A stretch of DNA of 64,000 nt. It comes from Patescibacteria group bacterium. GTDB lineage: Bacteria; Patescibacteriota; Minisyncoccia; UBA6257; 2-01-FULL-56-20. The translations under genes were made by a program, and so were the position numbers. Positions within the stretch are counted from its first letter, which is position 1, and each line of letters opens with the position of its first letter. The stretch covers positions 3,946 through 67,945 of the forward strand of contig JBBTUL010000011.1 of assembly GCA_038063755.1 (NCBI GenBank), read 5' to 3'. A model generated the notes under the pieces. That model was given only the letters and a program-made list of their open reading frames with translations, did no database searches and was not told the DNA's origin. This document shows, in pieces, positions 36,423 through 45,677 of the stretch.

Positions 36423-36959
36423 ATGATTAATCGCTTCACGAACATCATAAAATATCTTTTAGGAATCGGCATCTGTCTTGGCATTCGGTTTCTTCCATTT
36501 CGCGCGCCGAATGTCGAGCCGGTAATGGGGACGCTTATGCCCTTCGCGAAGCGATTCGGTTATCTTTCGGGTTTTCTTTTTGGGTTTGTGAATATTTTCC
36601 TCTATGACATTTTGACCGGAAAGATTGGCATGTGGACATGGGTGACTGCATGCTCGTATGGACTGCTTGGTCTTGCAGCGGGTTTGTTTTTTAAAAACCG
36701 GAAGGGAAGCCCCGCGAACTTTTTCGCGTTTTCTGTGATCGGAACAATTGCCTACGACGCGATTACCGGACTTACGATCGGGCCGGTTTTCTACGGGCAG
36801 CCGTTTTTGAACGCACTCACTGGGCAGATTCCGTTTACCGCATTGCATCTTTTGGGTAACGGCGTTTTCGCTCTTGCTATCTCTCCGCTCATTGATCGCT
36901 TTATCGTTTCGAACAAGAGTATTGAGCTTGCGGTAATACGAGAAAAGTTTGCCACGTAG
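36423..36959 (+). CDS. ECF transporter S component, probably for cobalamin (CbrT-like)
   Basis: About six TM helices, PNVEPV loop, G.G.W motif; third gene after nrdJ and cobO. Confidence 0.7.
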   Translation: MINRFTNIIKYLLGIGICLGIRFLPFRAPNVEPVMGTLMPFAKRFGYLSGFLFGFVNIFLYDILTGKIGMWTWVTACSYGLLGLAAGLFFKNRKGSPANFFAFSVIGTIAYDAITGLTIGPVFYGQPFLNALTGQIPFTALHLLGNGVFALAISPLIDRFIVSNKSIELAVIREKFAT

Positions 36960-37082
36960 GAGAAAGGGAGAAAACCATTGCAAATGCTTGCGGTTTCCAT
37001 AGATTGACAAAACCTGTGTAAATGTTAATATATAGGGAGCACGAAGAAAATCTATCAACTCTAAAACCCAGGGAGGTCTCTC

Positions 37083-38222
37083 ATGAAGATCGCGCGTTTG
37101 CTTTGTGTCGTGGCGGCGCTACTCAGCGTCGCAACGGAAAGCTTCGGCGCCTCTTCAGGGAGGTCGCCGGAATTTTTCGGGTACAACAATAACCTTTCAA
37201 TCTCTTCTCGGCAAGGTATTACCGCCGAGGCGGCGATGCTCGGTGCGAAAGGCGGGATGAAGTGGTCCCGCTACACGCTTTACTGGAATCGGGTGAACCC
37301 CGAACCGGGAGTGTATGACTGGTCGCAGGTCGACCAGCAGCTCCAGGTTACGTACGACGCCGGTGGCGTTGTATATGTAAACCTGAAGTGGGCTCCGGCT
37401 CATGCGGCGGAGGGGAGGAACACATACCTCCCGTTCTACTGCATGAAGTTGGACGGTTCGGAGCCCGACGGCTTCGATCGTTCCAAGCCGGACTGCACTG
37501 ATCCGGCTCCGCTCGATTCAGCGAAGTTGCGGACAGTCATCCGCGAGTTCCTCACGTCGCATGTACTGGACGTGAAGGCGGGCAGGATTGCCGCGTTTGG
37601 GTGCTTCAACGAACCGGCGGACCAGATCTATTGGCCGCCGGGATCGCCCCAGGAACTCGTGGATCGGGTCCTTCGCCCGTGCGCGGAGGAGGTTCGGAAG
37701 TTTCGGAAGGAAAACCGGATCTCGGCCGCGAAGCTACCGATCGTGGGGCCGGAAGAAATCGATCCGGCCAACCTCGAGCGGATTTTCAAGCTTGAGGAAG
37801 CCGGAAAGATCTCGCTCTTCGACGTGGTAAGTTTTCATCTTTACCACGGTCCGAAGGGTATGGAATACCCGGTGGGACCGCTCACATTCTACGATCATCG
37901 CTACCGGCCGCTCATCGAGCGGTACGGAGCGAATCGTCCCGTCTGGATCACCGAGACAGGCGCAAAGCCCCTCGGTGAGACGTTCGCGGATCTTCGAGAT
38001 CAGGGCGTTCGCTTGGTCTCAATGCTCTCCGAGCTCGAGGCCAGGAGGACGTTCGTCGTAAAGAGCGGCGGGAAGAACATTACCCGCCGAGGAGTTGAGA
38101 AAATTTTCATATATAAACTAGTTGCTGGGTCGTGCCCGGGGAGCGAGTATACGCTTCTCGATTGCACGGGAAAGGTCAAGCCCAGCTACCGCCAGGTGAA
38201 GGCCTTCATTCTCGGCAAGTAG
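37083..38222 (+). CDS. Secreted clan GH-A glycoside hydrolase (GH5/GH39-like)
   Basis: Signal peptide, W..V.P.PG.YDW, acid/base FNEP, FDVVSFHLY, nucleophile VWITETG; GGGAGG SD. Confidence 0.8.
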   Translation: MKIARLLCVVAALLSVATESFGASSGRSPEFFGYNNNLSISSRQGITAEAAMLGAKGGMKWSRYTLYWNRVNPEPGVYDWSQVDQQLQVTYDAGGVVYVNLKWAPAHAAEGRNTYLPFYCMKLDGSEPDGFDRSKPDCTDPAPLDSAKLRTVIREFLTSHVLDVKAGRIAAFGCFNEPADQIYWPPGSPQELVDRVLRPCAEEVRKFRKENRISAAKLPIVGPEEIDPANLERIFKLEEAGKISLFDVVSFHLYHGPKGMEYPVGPLTFYDHRYRPLIERYGANRPVWITETGAKPLGETFADLRDQGVRLVSMLSELEARRTFVVKSGGKNITRRGVEKIFIYKLVAGSCPGSEYTLLDCTGKVKPSYRQVKAFILGK

Positions 38223-38234
38223 TTCATCGTTTCT

Positions 38235-38261
38235 CCCGCGGACAACCGCGGGCTTTTTTTT
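38235..38261 (+). terminator. Intrinsic terminator
   Basis: CCCGCGG-acaa-CCGCGGG followed by a T-run. Confidence 0.75.
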
Positions 38262-38265
38262 ATAG

Positions 38266-38820
38266 CTAAAGCGAGGTCAGAGAAAGAAAATCGAAAAGCA
38301 CTCTGGTTATTGGGTCCGCATCCGGTCCGTAGACAAGGATTCCGCCCAAGGCACCGGTTAAAAGAAGTGCGGAAAGTCCGAAGAGGGCGAAAAGAAGAAT
38401 GAGTGGGGTTTCGACAACAAGACGAAGAATGCCGGAGAAGAATGCGAAAATCTTTCGAATGGCACTTTCGCTTGGAATCGCAAGGAATGCGAAAATTTTC
38501 TCGTGTAAGTCTTCTCTGATAAGCCAACGAATAAAATAGAGTGCTGTGATGAAGATAAAAATCGCAGTCGTAAGTTCCGCCGCTGATTCATGGAGCTTAA
38601 AGACGGCACTTTCTAGAAATGCTTCTCCCTTTGATTCCGCATCAAGCTCTCCGGTTTTGAGCGTCGCAAGCGCGCCAAGTGTTCCGGTTATGAGGAGGAT
38701 GAGCTTGGTGTTAAACCACGAATTGCTCTCTACGAGCTTCCTGAATCTGAAAAGCTCAAGAAATGCGTAGAGAGAAAGAAGGGCTACCGGGAAATGAACG
38801 AATAAGGGATGTATAACCAT
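38266..38820 (-). CDS. DUF2231-like membrane protein
   Basis: HPLFVHFPVAL N-terminus, about four TM helices, C-terminal TG.LGG.LVYG. Confidence 0.8.
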   Translation of the reverse strand: MVIHPLFVHFPVALLSLYAFLELFRFRKLVESNSWFNTKLILLITGTLGALATLKTGELDAESKGEAFLESAVFKLHESAAELTTAIFIFITALYFIRWLIREDLHEKIFAFLAIPSESAIRKIFAFFSGILRLVVETPLILLFALFGLSALLLTGALGGILVYGPDADPITRVLFDFLSLTSL

Positions 38821-38912
38821 GCATTCAGTATATCACCACGAAGGCCCTCTCTTGCGCGAGATGCCTTTTCGCAAGAGTTGTATTTTCTTGTAATTTGTGC
38901 TATAATGCAAAA

Positions 38913-39902
38913 ATGAGAAATTGGCTCAGAGATCATTTTCTTCCGCATCAAGGGAATGAACAAAAGCCGCAGCTGCTCCGCTCGCAAGCGGCGATTCTTC
39001 TTTTTGTCCTGGTTCTTTTCCTAGAGCTTGGATTTTTCCTCCGAACTTCCGTTGACGGGAAACTAGATACGTTTTTTGCCGCAGTTTTGCCGAGCGTCCT
39101 TGTCGACAAGACCAATGAAGTTCGTATTTCAGAGAGGGTTGGGTTATTAAAACAAAGTCCGGCGCTTGAAGTTGCGGCTATCGCCAAGGCGAAGGATATG
39201 GCGAAAAAAGGATATTTTGCGCATACGAGCCCCGACGGAGTGAGTCCGTGGTCTTGGATCAAAGGGGCGGGGTACACATACAGCCATGCGGGAGAAAATC
39301 TTGCGATAAATTTTACGGATTCTCGCGATGTCGTCGATGCATGGCTTGCGTCCCCCCGACATCGTGCAAATCTCTTAAACGGAAAATATACAGAGATCGG
39401 CATTGCGACCGCGGAGGGCGTTTATGAAGGGCGCGACGCGATATTCATCGTTCAGTTTTTTGGACGTCCTGCACGACCGAAAACAAGGCTCGCGGAAAAA
39501 GACACTGACACAATTAATATTTCGCCCTCCGGAGGAAAGAGTGTCTTGGAAAACAGGCCGATTGTTTCGGAGGCGGTTGTTTTAAAAAATACTCAAGCGA
39601 TTGCGGTAAAGGGAGAGATCGATGAAAACTTCATTGCGGAGACTACGGGAAGCACGGTTTCAATGCTCACGCCCTACGCAACCATTTCGCAGAAGATATT
39701 CGCAAATCCGAAGATGACGCTAACGACTCTTTTTTCGATTCTCGCCGCGGCGATTTTTGCAGCGCTACTCTTTATGCTCGCGCTCAACACCCGCATCGTT
39801 CATCCGAAGCTTATCGCGAACGGAATTTTACTCCTTGTTCTTATTGACGGATTTTTCCTTCTGAACGACTATCTTACGCTTGCTCGTTCGAGTATTGAGT
39901 AA
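38913..39902 (+). CDS. CAP (SCP-like) domain membrane-anchored protein
   Basis: TN..R, AKA.DM...GYFAHTSP, AGENLA, W.ASP.HRAN.L...Y.EIGI. Confidence 0.9.
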   Translation: MRNWLRDHFLPHQGNEQKPQLLRSQAAILLFVLVLFLELGFFLRTSVDGKLDTFFAAVLPSVLVDKTNEVRISERVGLLKQSPALEVAAIAKAKDMAKKGYFAHTSPDGVSPWSWIKGAGYTYSHAGENLAINFTDSRDVVDAWLASPRHRANLLNGKYTEIGIATAEGVYEGRDAIFIVQFFGRPARPKTRLAEKDTDTINISPSGGKSVLENRPIVSEAVVLKNTQAIAVKGEIDENFIAETTGSTVSMLTPYATISQKIFANPKMTLTTLFSILAAAIFAALLFMLALNTRIVHPKLIANGILLLVLIDGFFLLNDYLTLARSSIE

Positions 39903-40872
39903 TCGCTTTCCCAAGAACGGCGAGAGCTTCACGCGCGTTTTTGGTTTCCATGAGTTGAACGCGCAATTCGCGAGCTCCAGAAAATCCCTCAACGTAGGAT
40001 TTAAAATGTTTTTTCATATTGGCGAAATTTTTTATGTCGCCCAGTAGTTTTTCAAAATAACCAATGTGTTCGGAAAGTGCCTGTATGCGTTCAGTTGGCG
40101 TCGGGGAGTACCCCGTGAAAAACCACGGGTTGCCGAATAAACCGCGCCCAATCATGACGCCATCGGCACCACTTTCTTTTGCCCTTATTTTCGCCTCTTC
40201 TATCGAGCGGACATCTCCATTTCCGATGATAAGTGTTTTGCTATTTAGTCTGTTGCGAATATCGACAGCCTTTTCGATCGCGTCCCAGTTCGCCGGAACT
40301 TTCGAAAGTTCTTTTTTCGTTCGTGCGTGAAGCGTGATTGCCGCCGGCTCTTCGGCGAGGAGTTCCGGAAGCCAGATGTCGAGTTCGTCCTCCGCATATC
40401 CAATCCTCGTCTTTACGGAAACGGGAAGTCCATTCGACACTTCTTTCGTCACGCGAATAATTTCTCTGGCAACCTTCGGGTTTTTAATGAGCGCCGCTCC
40501 CGCGCCTTGACGGCACACGCCCTTGTCGGGACAACCCATATTAATGTCGACACCGTCAAACCCGAGTTTCGCGACGAGTGCCGAGGCCCTTTTCATGAGT
40601 TCGATGTCGGAAGAAAATATCTGCGCCACGATAGGCCGCTCTTCGGAAGAAAAAAGAAAGTCTTTCGAGAGCACGTCAAAATTGCCGCGGAAAAGGCCGT
40701 CGGCAGAGACAAATTCAGTCCAAAAAACATCTGGGCCGCCCTTGCGATCATTTCGCTTGCTAAGATCGCCGTATTTCACAAACATTTTTCGAAATGCAGC
40801 ATCGGTAACGTTTGCCATGGGTGCAAGGCAGAAAAAAGGACGCGGAAGGTTGTCCCAAAATGATTTTTTCAT
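39874..40872 (-). CDS. dus: tRNA-dihydrouridine synthase
   Basis: LAPMANVTD, DINMGCP, PVSVKTR.G, LHART, GNGD, DGVMIGR. Confidence 0.93.
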   Translation of the reverse strand: MKKSFWDNLPRPFFCLAPMANVTDAAFRKMFVKYGDLSKRNDRKGGPDVFWTEFVSADGLFRGNFDVLSKDFLFSSEERPIVAQIFSSDIELMKRASALVAKLGFDGVDINMGCPDKGVCRQGAGAALIKNPKVAREIIRVTKEVSNGLPVSVKTRIGYAEDELDIWLPELLAEEPAAITLHARTKKELSKVPANWDAIEKAVDIRNRLNSKTLIIGNGDVRSIEEAKIRAKESGADGVMIGRGLFGNPWFFTGYSPTPTERIQALSEHIGYFEKLLGDIKNFANMKKHFKSYVEGFSGARELRVQLMETKNAREALAVLGKAITQYSNEQA

Positions 40873-40916
40873 GCGAGTCCTGTGTATTGGAGCACGGGGT
40901 CGATGTCGAAGTTTAG

Positions 40917-41318
40917 TCATGTGCTGCCTTTGAGCGAGGAAAAATAGTCTTCTGCTATTTTGTTATCGTGAAATCCAAGGTCCATTTTTTCAATGGTGGA
41001 TTCATCGAAGTACTGGATCTTTTGACCTTCGTGAAGCTGGATGTGTGCCGCATCCAAGTTCATCTTTGCATAGTACATGTGCTCAATCTTTTCCGGCCAA
41101 TCATATGTTCGGAAAAATAAGATATTTGGTATCTTGAGTTCCATTTCCTCTTTCATTTCTCGCGTGATTGCTTCTTGTGGTGTTTCCCCGGCTTCAACTA
41201 CGCCTCCAGGGATGTACCATCGACTTGGATATGGGATATTCGGCTTGTTGTCTCGTAACAAAAGCAGTATTTTGTTATCATCGTTTTGGATAATGATTCC
41301 TACGGTATTCTTCTTCAT
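40917..41318 (-). CDS. NUDIX hydrolase
   Basis: Nudix box GGVVEAGETPQEAITREMKEE. Confidence 0.9.
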   Translation of the reverse strand: MKKNTVGIIIQNDDNKILLLLRDNKPNIPYPSRWYIPGGVVEAGETPQEAITREMKEEMELKIPNILFFRTYDWPEKIEHMYYAKMNLDAAHIQLHEGQKIQYFDESTIEKMDLGFHDNKIAEDYFSSLKGST

Positions 41319-41475
41319 TTTAATGAAGAAAGCCTACAGGGGCGATGCGTGGCGAGGAAAAGTGTCATCGGTACGATGAAGCTTTTCCGCAATTCGGACA
41401 AGAATAAAATTTCGGAGAAATCGGTTGGTGGCAGAGGGGACAGGTGGGGCTTGTCGGCTCTGGTGGTTCCATTAT

Positions 41476-41898
41476 TTAAAAAGCGATGTTGGGGTGCGCC
41501 GCGATGAGCTTTTGCAGTGAGTCCTCGTCTCCAAGCATGCGGAGCACTTCGGCGAATAATCGCTGATCGACCATCTGGCTGTGGTGATATTTTTCCCCGG
41601 CGGGATTCGTGTCGCCTCGCAGTACCCCATAGAGGGCTACCCTCGGATCAAGAGAACCGCTTGAGCTATAGAGGGCAATCCCCGAGACTTTTGCTATAAC
41701 CTCCGCTTCTGCAAAGTGCGGACGATCGAGGGTCGTAGTCTTCTCGGCTCTATCAAGCGCGCTTTGATAGTCTTTTTCGTTGATAATTCCTCCCAAGCTC
41801 TTATATTTCTCGTAGTCGCCCTTCGGTGCATATTGGACGCCCTCCCTCTTCACCCCTTCCTCATCGGGAATTTTTTCTTCGAAAGATCGTTCGTTCAT
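41476..41898 (-). CDS. Hypothetical protein, 140 aa
   Basis: Open frame with TACAGT seven nt before ATG 41898; no recognised motif. Confidence 0.6.
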   Translation of the reverse strand: MNERSFEEKIPDEEGVKREGVQYAPKGDYEKYKSLGGIINEKDYQSALDRAEKTTTLDRPHFAEAEVIAKVSGIALYSSSGSLDPRVALYGVLRGDTNPAGEKYHHSQMVDQRLFAEVLRMLGDEDSLQKLIAAHPNIAF

Positions 41899-41951
41899 GA
41901 TTTGCACTGTAGTCCCCGATGACGGGAAAAGCAAGGCACAAAGGATAGTCT

Positions 41952-42596
41952 TTAGTCGACCTCAGGACGCAAACCGACAAAATCAAAGGTATCTTTGTCG
42001 AACGAAAACTTGGTGAGCGTTCCGGTTTCAACCGAAAACTCCTCGTGCCGATCTCTGCCTGCTTTTCCGAGTATCGGCAAGACGGCCCTGAGGCATCCCT
42101 TGTGCGTGACGATGAGAATATTTTCTCCCGCATCGTTTTCATCCGCTATTTCCTCAAGGGCAGAGAATAGCCTGCGTTCCATCTGTTCCCACGATTCGCC
42201 GCCTTCGGGAATAAAACCGAACCGCCCATCGATGCTCATATTCTCGAGATTCTTTGCAACCTCGAACCACTTCATATCTTTCCATGCTCCCCAGTTGCGC
42301 TCCCGCAAACCGTCTCTTGCTTTGATCGGCAGATTCAAAGCATCCGCAATCACCTCGGCGGTTTGATACGATCGACCAAGCGGGGAGGAATAGATATCTG
42401 TCACGCGAACACCGTTTTTCTTAAAGTAGCTGGCAACCGATACGGCCTCCCGCCTGCCCCGTTCGGTAAGCGGTGCATCATTCATGACGGTGGCTTGATC
42501 GACGAAGACATTGTCCTCGCTTTGCCCGTGCCGGATAAACCAAAAGGATATCTTGGTTGATCTCTTGGAAATCTTTTGTTTTAGGCGTTCGGACAT
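41952..42596 (-). CDS. Histidine phosphatase family protein
   Basis: RHGQS, SSPL.R..QTA, L.E...G.W, GES, VTH. Confidence 0.9.
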   Translation of the reverse strand: MSERLKQKISKRSTKISFWFIRHGQSEDNVFVDQATVMNDAPLTERGRREAVSVASYFKKNGVRVTDIYSSPLGRSYQTAEVIADALNLPIKARDGLRERNWGAWKDMKWFEVAKNLENMSIDGRFGFIPEGGESWEQMERRLFSALEEIADENDAGENILIVTHKGCLRAVLPILGKAGRDRHEEFSVETGTLTKFSFDKDTFDFVGLRPEVD

Positions 42597-42773
42597 GTTT
42601 CCTTGTGATGCCTAAGTATAAATCTTGAAAGGAAGAACCTCAAACCTACTTTTTACGAAGCTTGATCGGACTTTCCACTAGGCACCTTGAAAAAATATAT
42701 CGAAAAACGTAATGTTCTGTTAATGCGTTCGATGACTTTTTCCCGAAAACGCGGGGAGCAGTGCGTTTAAAAA

Positions 42774-43592
42774 ATGAAAAAGGCAAGCAAGATAATAACG
42801 CTTAAAAAACTGGGGAAGGTAGTGGAGCCCCGAAAAGTCACTTTGATCAGCGGATCTTTTGACCCATTTAACTCTTACTACCGCAAACTTCTTACGTGGG
42901 CATCGCTCCAGTCAAGACCCTTGGTTGTTGTCGTGCACACCGACAGGGCAGTAAGCATCAGGAGAGGTCTTTCAAGACCAACAGAAAACCAAAAAAAAAG
43001 AGCAGAAAATGTTGCCGGTTTGGATTTTGTCGATTACGTGGTTATTTCAAGTAAGGGTGCCCATGATAAAAAAATCGTAAAGTTGCTCAAGCCCAGGCTT
43101 CTGTTGTTCCAGCAAGACAACACAAGCTTTCTTGCGGGGCTGTTTAGCATAATCAATCGTAAGTTCCCAGGTATCGGAATCCGTGTATCTCCCATAAAAA
43201 AAGAAATCGTTATTTCCACTGTTCCTTCCAAAATTACTCCTAATAATATAAAGAACCCGATCCTGAAAAGGGTATTGGAACTGGCAAGGACATCAACCGC
43301 TCCGGTCGGGAGAGTCTCCGCCGTTTTGGTTTCAAAGAGCAAGGTGCTAGCCGAATCATCTAATCTTGCGGGGGGCGAGCATGCCGAGAAAGTAATTTTA
43401 GATAGATTGTTGGGTAAAAACATGGAAGGATGTTCTTTATACGTTCTCATTCCTCCTTGTCCCATGTGTGCCGACAGCATCATCCGCGCCAAGCTGAAAA
43501 ATGTTTATTACTTATTCAACTACGGAGATAAAATGGGTGTTGAGCGTTTGCATGAGGCGGGTATCGTTGTCAGGAAAATTAAATTGGTATAA
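42774..43592 (+). CDS. Cytidylyltransferase-like (degenerate HxGH) + zinc-dependent deaminase fusion
   Basis: GSFDPFNSYY, D..V..RRG..RP, R.E.V..L.FVDYV; C-terminal HAE...PCPMC. Confidence 0.75.
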   Translation: MKKASKIITLKKLGKVVEPRKVTLISGSFDPFNSYYRKLLTWASLQSRPLVVVVHTDRAVSIRRGLSRPTENQKKRAENVAGLDFVDYVVISSKGAHDKKIVKLLKPRLLLFQQDNTSFLAGLFSIINRKFPGIGIRVSPIKKEIVISTVPSKITPNNIKNPILKRVLELARTSTAPVGRVSAVLVSKSKVLAESSNLAGGEHAEKVILDRLLGKNMEGCSLYVLIPPCPMCADSIIRAKLKNVYYLFNYGDKMGVERLHEAGIVVRKIKLV

Positions 43593-43601
43593 CTTGATTG
43601 T

Positions 43602-44429
43602 ATGGAAAAGCTAGATTCCAATATCCCCATCATCCGGCACCTGGAAGACCAGGAAAACATCTTGAAGTTCGGACGCGACGGAGATTTGGTTCCGGGACAA
43701 GAAGAAGCGGCAAGGCGGATCGGAGAAAAAATCCTTGAAGACGCAAAACGAGAGAAAAAAGGAGCGATTATGTTGGTTTGCTCAAACAAAAAAAGGAGCA
43801 CTCAAACGGCGCATTTGGTTGTTGGAGAAATAAAGAAAATCGAAAGCAGTATTAAAACAAGAATCGTTCAAGAAGACCGTTTAGCTCCCATTGATGAAGG
43901 AGGGTTCGTTTTACCGGCCGATTACCGGGAAGGAGAAACATTCGAGGGACTTCCTCTCGCAAACAAGGCTTTCAACAAGGAGGCGTTCGATGAAGCAAAC
44001 GACCTATACAGATTCGGTGACCCCGTTTTACGGAACGACGGAACGTACAAATACCCAGAGTTGGTACCATATTTTAAGAGCTATGGGGAGAGCAACAGAG
44101 ATTTGATGATTAGGATTTATGAGCTCATTATCGAAACGACCCAAAAAATAGACAAATTTGATTCTAGAACAAAAGTTTTTGTTGTAACCCACTCCCAGCT
44201 CTATCAGATTTTTAGAAACTTGATGGTGGTTGCAAAGATGATCAAAACCGAAGGACTTAAGTTTGAGACCGGAGAGGTTCCGAGATTATGCTGGAACGTG
44301 TATCAGAGTAGGACCAAGCAAGAAAAGCCAACCTATGAGGCAAACCTTGTACCGATCGACGACTTGCGCGATCCTGAGATCATAGAATTGCTGAAGAAAG
44401 AAATCGAATATTTAAAAAACCTTACCTAA
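43602..44429 (+). CDS. Divergent histidine phosphatase-fold protein
   Basis: IRHLED, S.KKRS.QTA, GES, VVTHS. Confidence 0.7.
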   Translation: MEKLDSNIPIIRHLEDQENILKFGRDGDLVPGQEEAARRIGEKILEDAKREKKGAIMLVCSNKKRSTQTAHLVVGEIKKIESSIKTRIVQEDRLAPIDEGGFVLPADYREGETFEGLPLANKAFNKEAFDEANDLYRFGDPVLRNDGTYKYPELVPYFKSYGESNRDLMIRIYELIIETTQKIDKFDSRTKVFVVTHSQLYQIFRNLMVVAKMIKTEGLKFETGEVPRLCWNVYQSRTKQEKPTYEANLVPIDDLRDPEIIELLKKEIEYLKNLT

Positions 44430-44433
44430 ACCC

Positions 44434-44928
44434 ATGAGCGACGAAAAAGAGCAAAAAATGAACACCAAGTATGTGGGACATCATATTTCTTCTGGGGGTT
44501 TTATCTTCCACGAAGACAAAGACACTGGTCTTCTGTCGGTGCTGCTTATCAAGAACAAAAAGGGAGAGTACTGGATACCAAAAGGCCACATTGAGGAGGG
44601 CGAGGATCAGATAGCTGCGGCATTTAGAGAAATTGAGGAAGAGGTCGGTCTCACGAAAGATCAGTTAACATACATCGGCCTTTGTCATCTGCACAAATTT
44701 TCTTTCGTCGACGACGGCGGGAACCCGAATACCAAGGATGTTTATATGAATCTTTTTGGGGTCCACGAAAAGCATGATCTGAAAAAAGAGGAGGGGGCGA
44801 CGGATCTCACGGATGCGGGATGGTTCGAGTTCTCAAGGGCCCTGGAAATGATCATCCCTTACAGCAAGAACGAGTTGATCAAGGCCAAGGAAATGTTCGA
44901 AAATTATTTACGAAGTTCAAGCTCATGA
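44434..44928 (+). CDS. NUDIX hydrolase (Ap4A hydrolase-like)
   Basis: W.PKGHIEEGEDQIAAAFREIEEEVG. Confidence 0.88.
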   Translation: MSDEKEQKMNTKYVGHHISSGGFIFHEDKDTGLLSVLLIKNKKGEYWIPKGHIEEGEDQIAAAFREIEEEVGLTKDQLTYIGLCHLHKFSFVDDGGNPNTKDVYMNLFGVHEKHDLKKEEGATDLTDAGWFEFSRALEMIIPYSKNELIKAKEMFENYLRSSSS

Positions 44929-45632
44929 GCAGAGGCTTCGAAGAGGTGAAAAGGAGTCTTCCGAATCAACCTTTCGCAGAGGACCTGGTTTGTTTCATTG
45001 TGTTCGGATCAAGCGTGGTAAACGCCAACATGGAGAAGGCTCCCGATGATGTGGATGTTTGCGTCGTTGCGAGCAACCGCAGGGCGGATCTGCGCCAGAT
45101 TTCGGAGTTTATATTTGATAGTTTCGAAAAGCCAGACTTCAGAATATATTTTCAAGATGAAATAGACAGCGATCTGCAATTTATGGATGTCGGGATTGGT
45201 GTTTTTGCGATGGAATACTTTGCGAATGGCATTACCTTGTTCGGAGAAAATATTTTTATTAAGAAACTGCCTCAAATCAGCAAACTGAAGTTGAAGGAAA
45301 GCTATTTGAATAAAATCTTCGAGTATATTATACGAATCCGGGTGGCCTACATTGCAAAGACTTCAACATATGAGTATAAAATGTGGCACATCTATAAGTA
45401 TGTGATACGTCTCTTGATAGACATTCTGTTATACAACGACTATATCGTTTACGGCGATCTGAAAAAAATGACAAAAATGGAGATTATCGACCTGTGCAAA
45501 AACAAGGGAATTATACGGAAAGATGTGGAAATCGATTTTACCAACCTAGAAAAAATGTATAAATTGTTTGAGGAAGTGAACTTGTATGTCGTAAATGCCC
45601 ATACCCGCCCCCGAAACGAAGGCTTACTCTAG
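44925..45632 (+). CDS. Pol-beta-superfamily nucleotidyltransferase with helical C-terminal domain
   Basis: hhhFGS...DDVDhhh; ATGA overlap with the NUDIX stop. Confidence 0.72.
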   Translation: MSRGFEEVKRSLPNQPFAEDLVCFIVFGSSVVNANMEKAPDDVDVCVVASNRRADLRQISEFIFDSFEKPDFRIYFQDEIDSDLQFMDVGIGVFAMEYFANGITLFGENIFIKKLPQISKLKLKESYLNKIFEYIIRIRVAYIAKTSTYEYKMWHIYKYVIRLLIDILLYNDYIVYGDLKKMTKMEIIDLCKNKGIIRKDVEIDFTNLEKMYKLFEEVNLYVVNAHTRPRNEGLL

Positions 45633-45677
45633 CGTTTCCTTCTGGATCGGTATGCCGACAGATGATATACTGAAATC

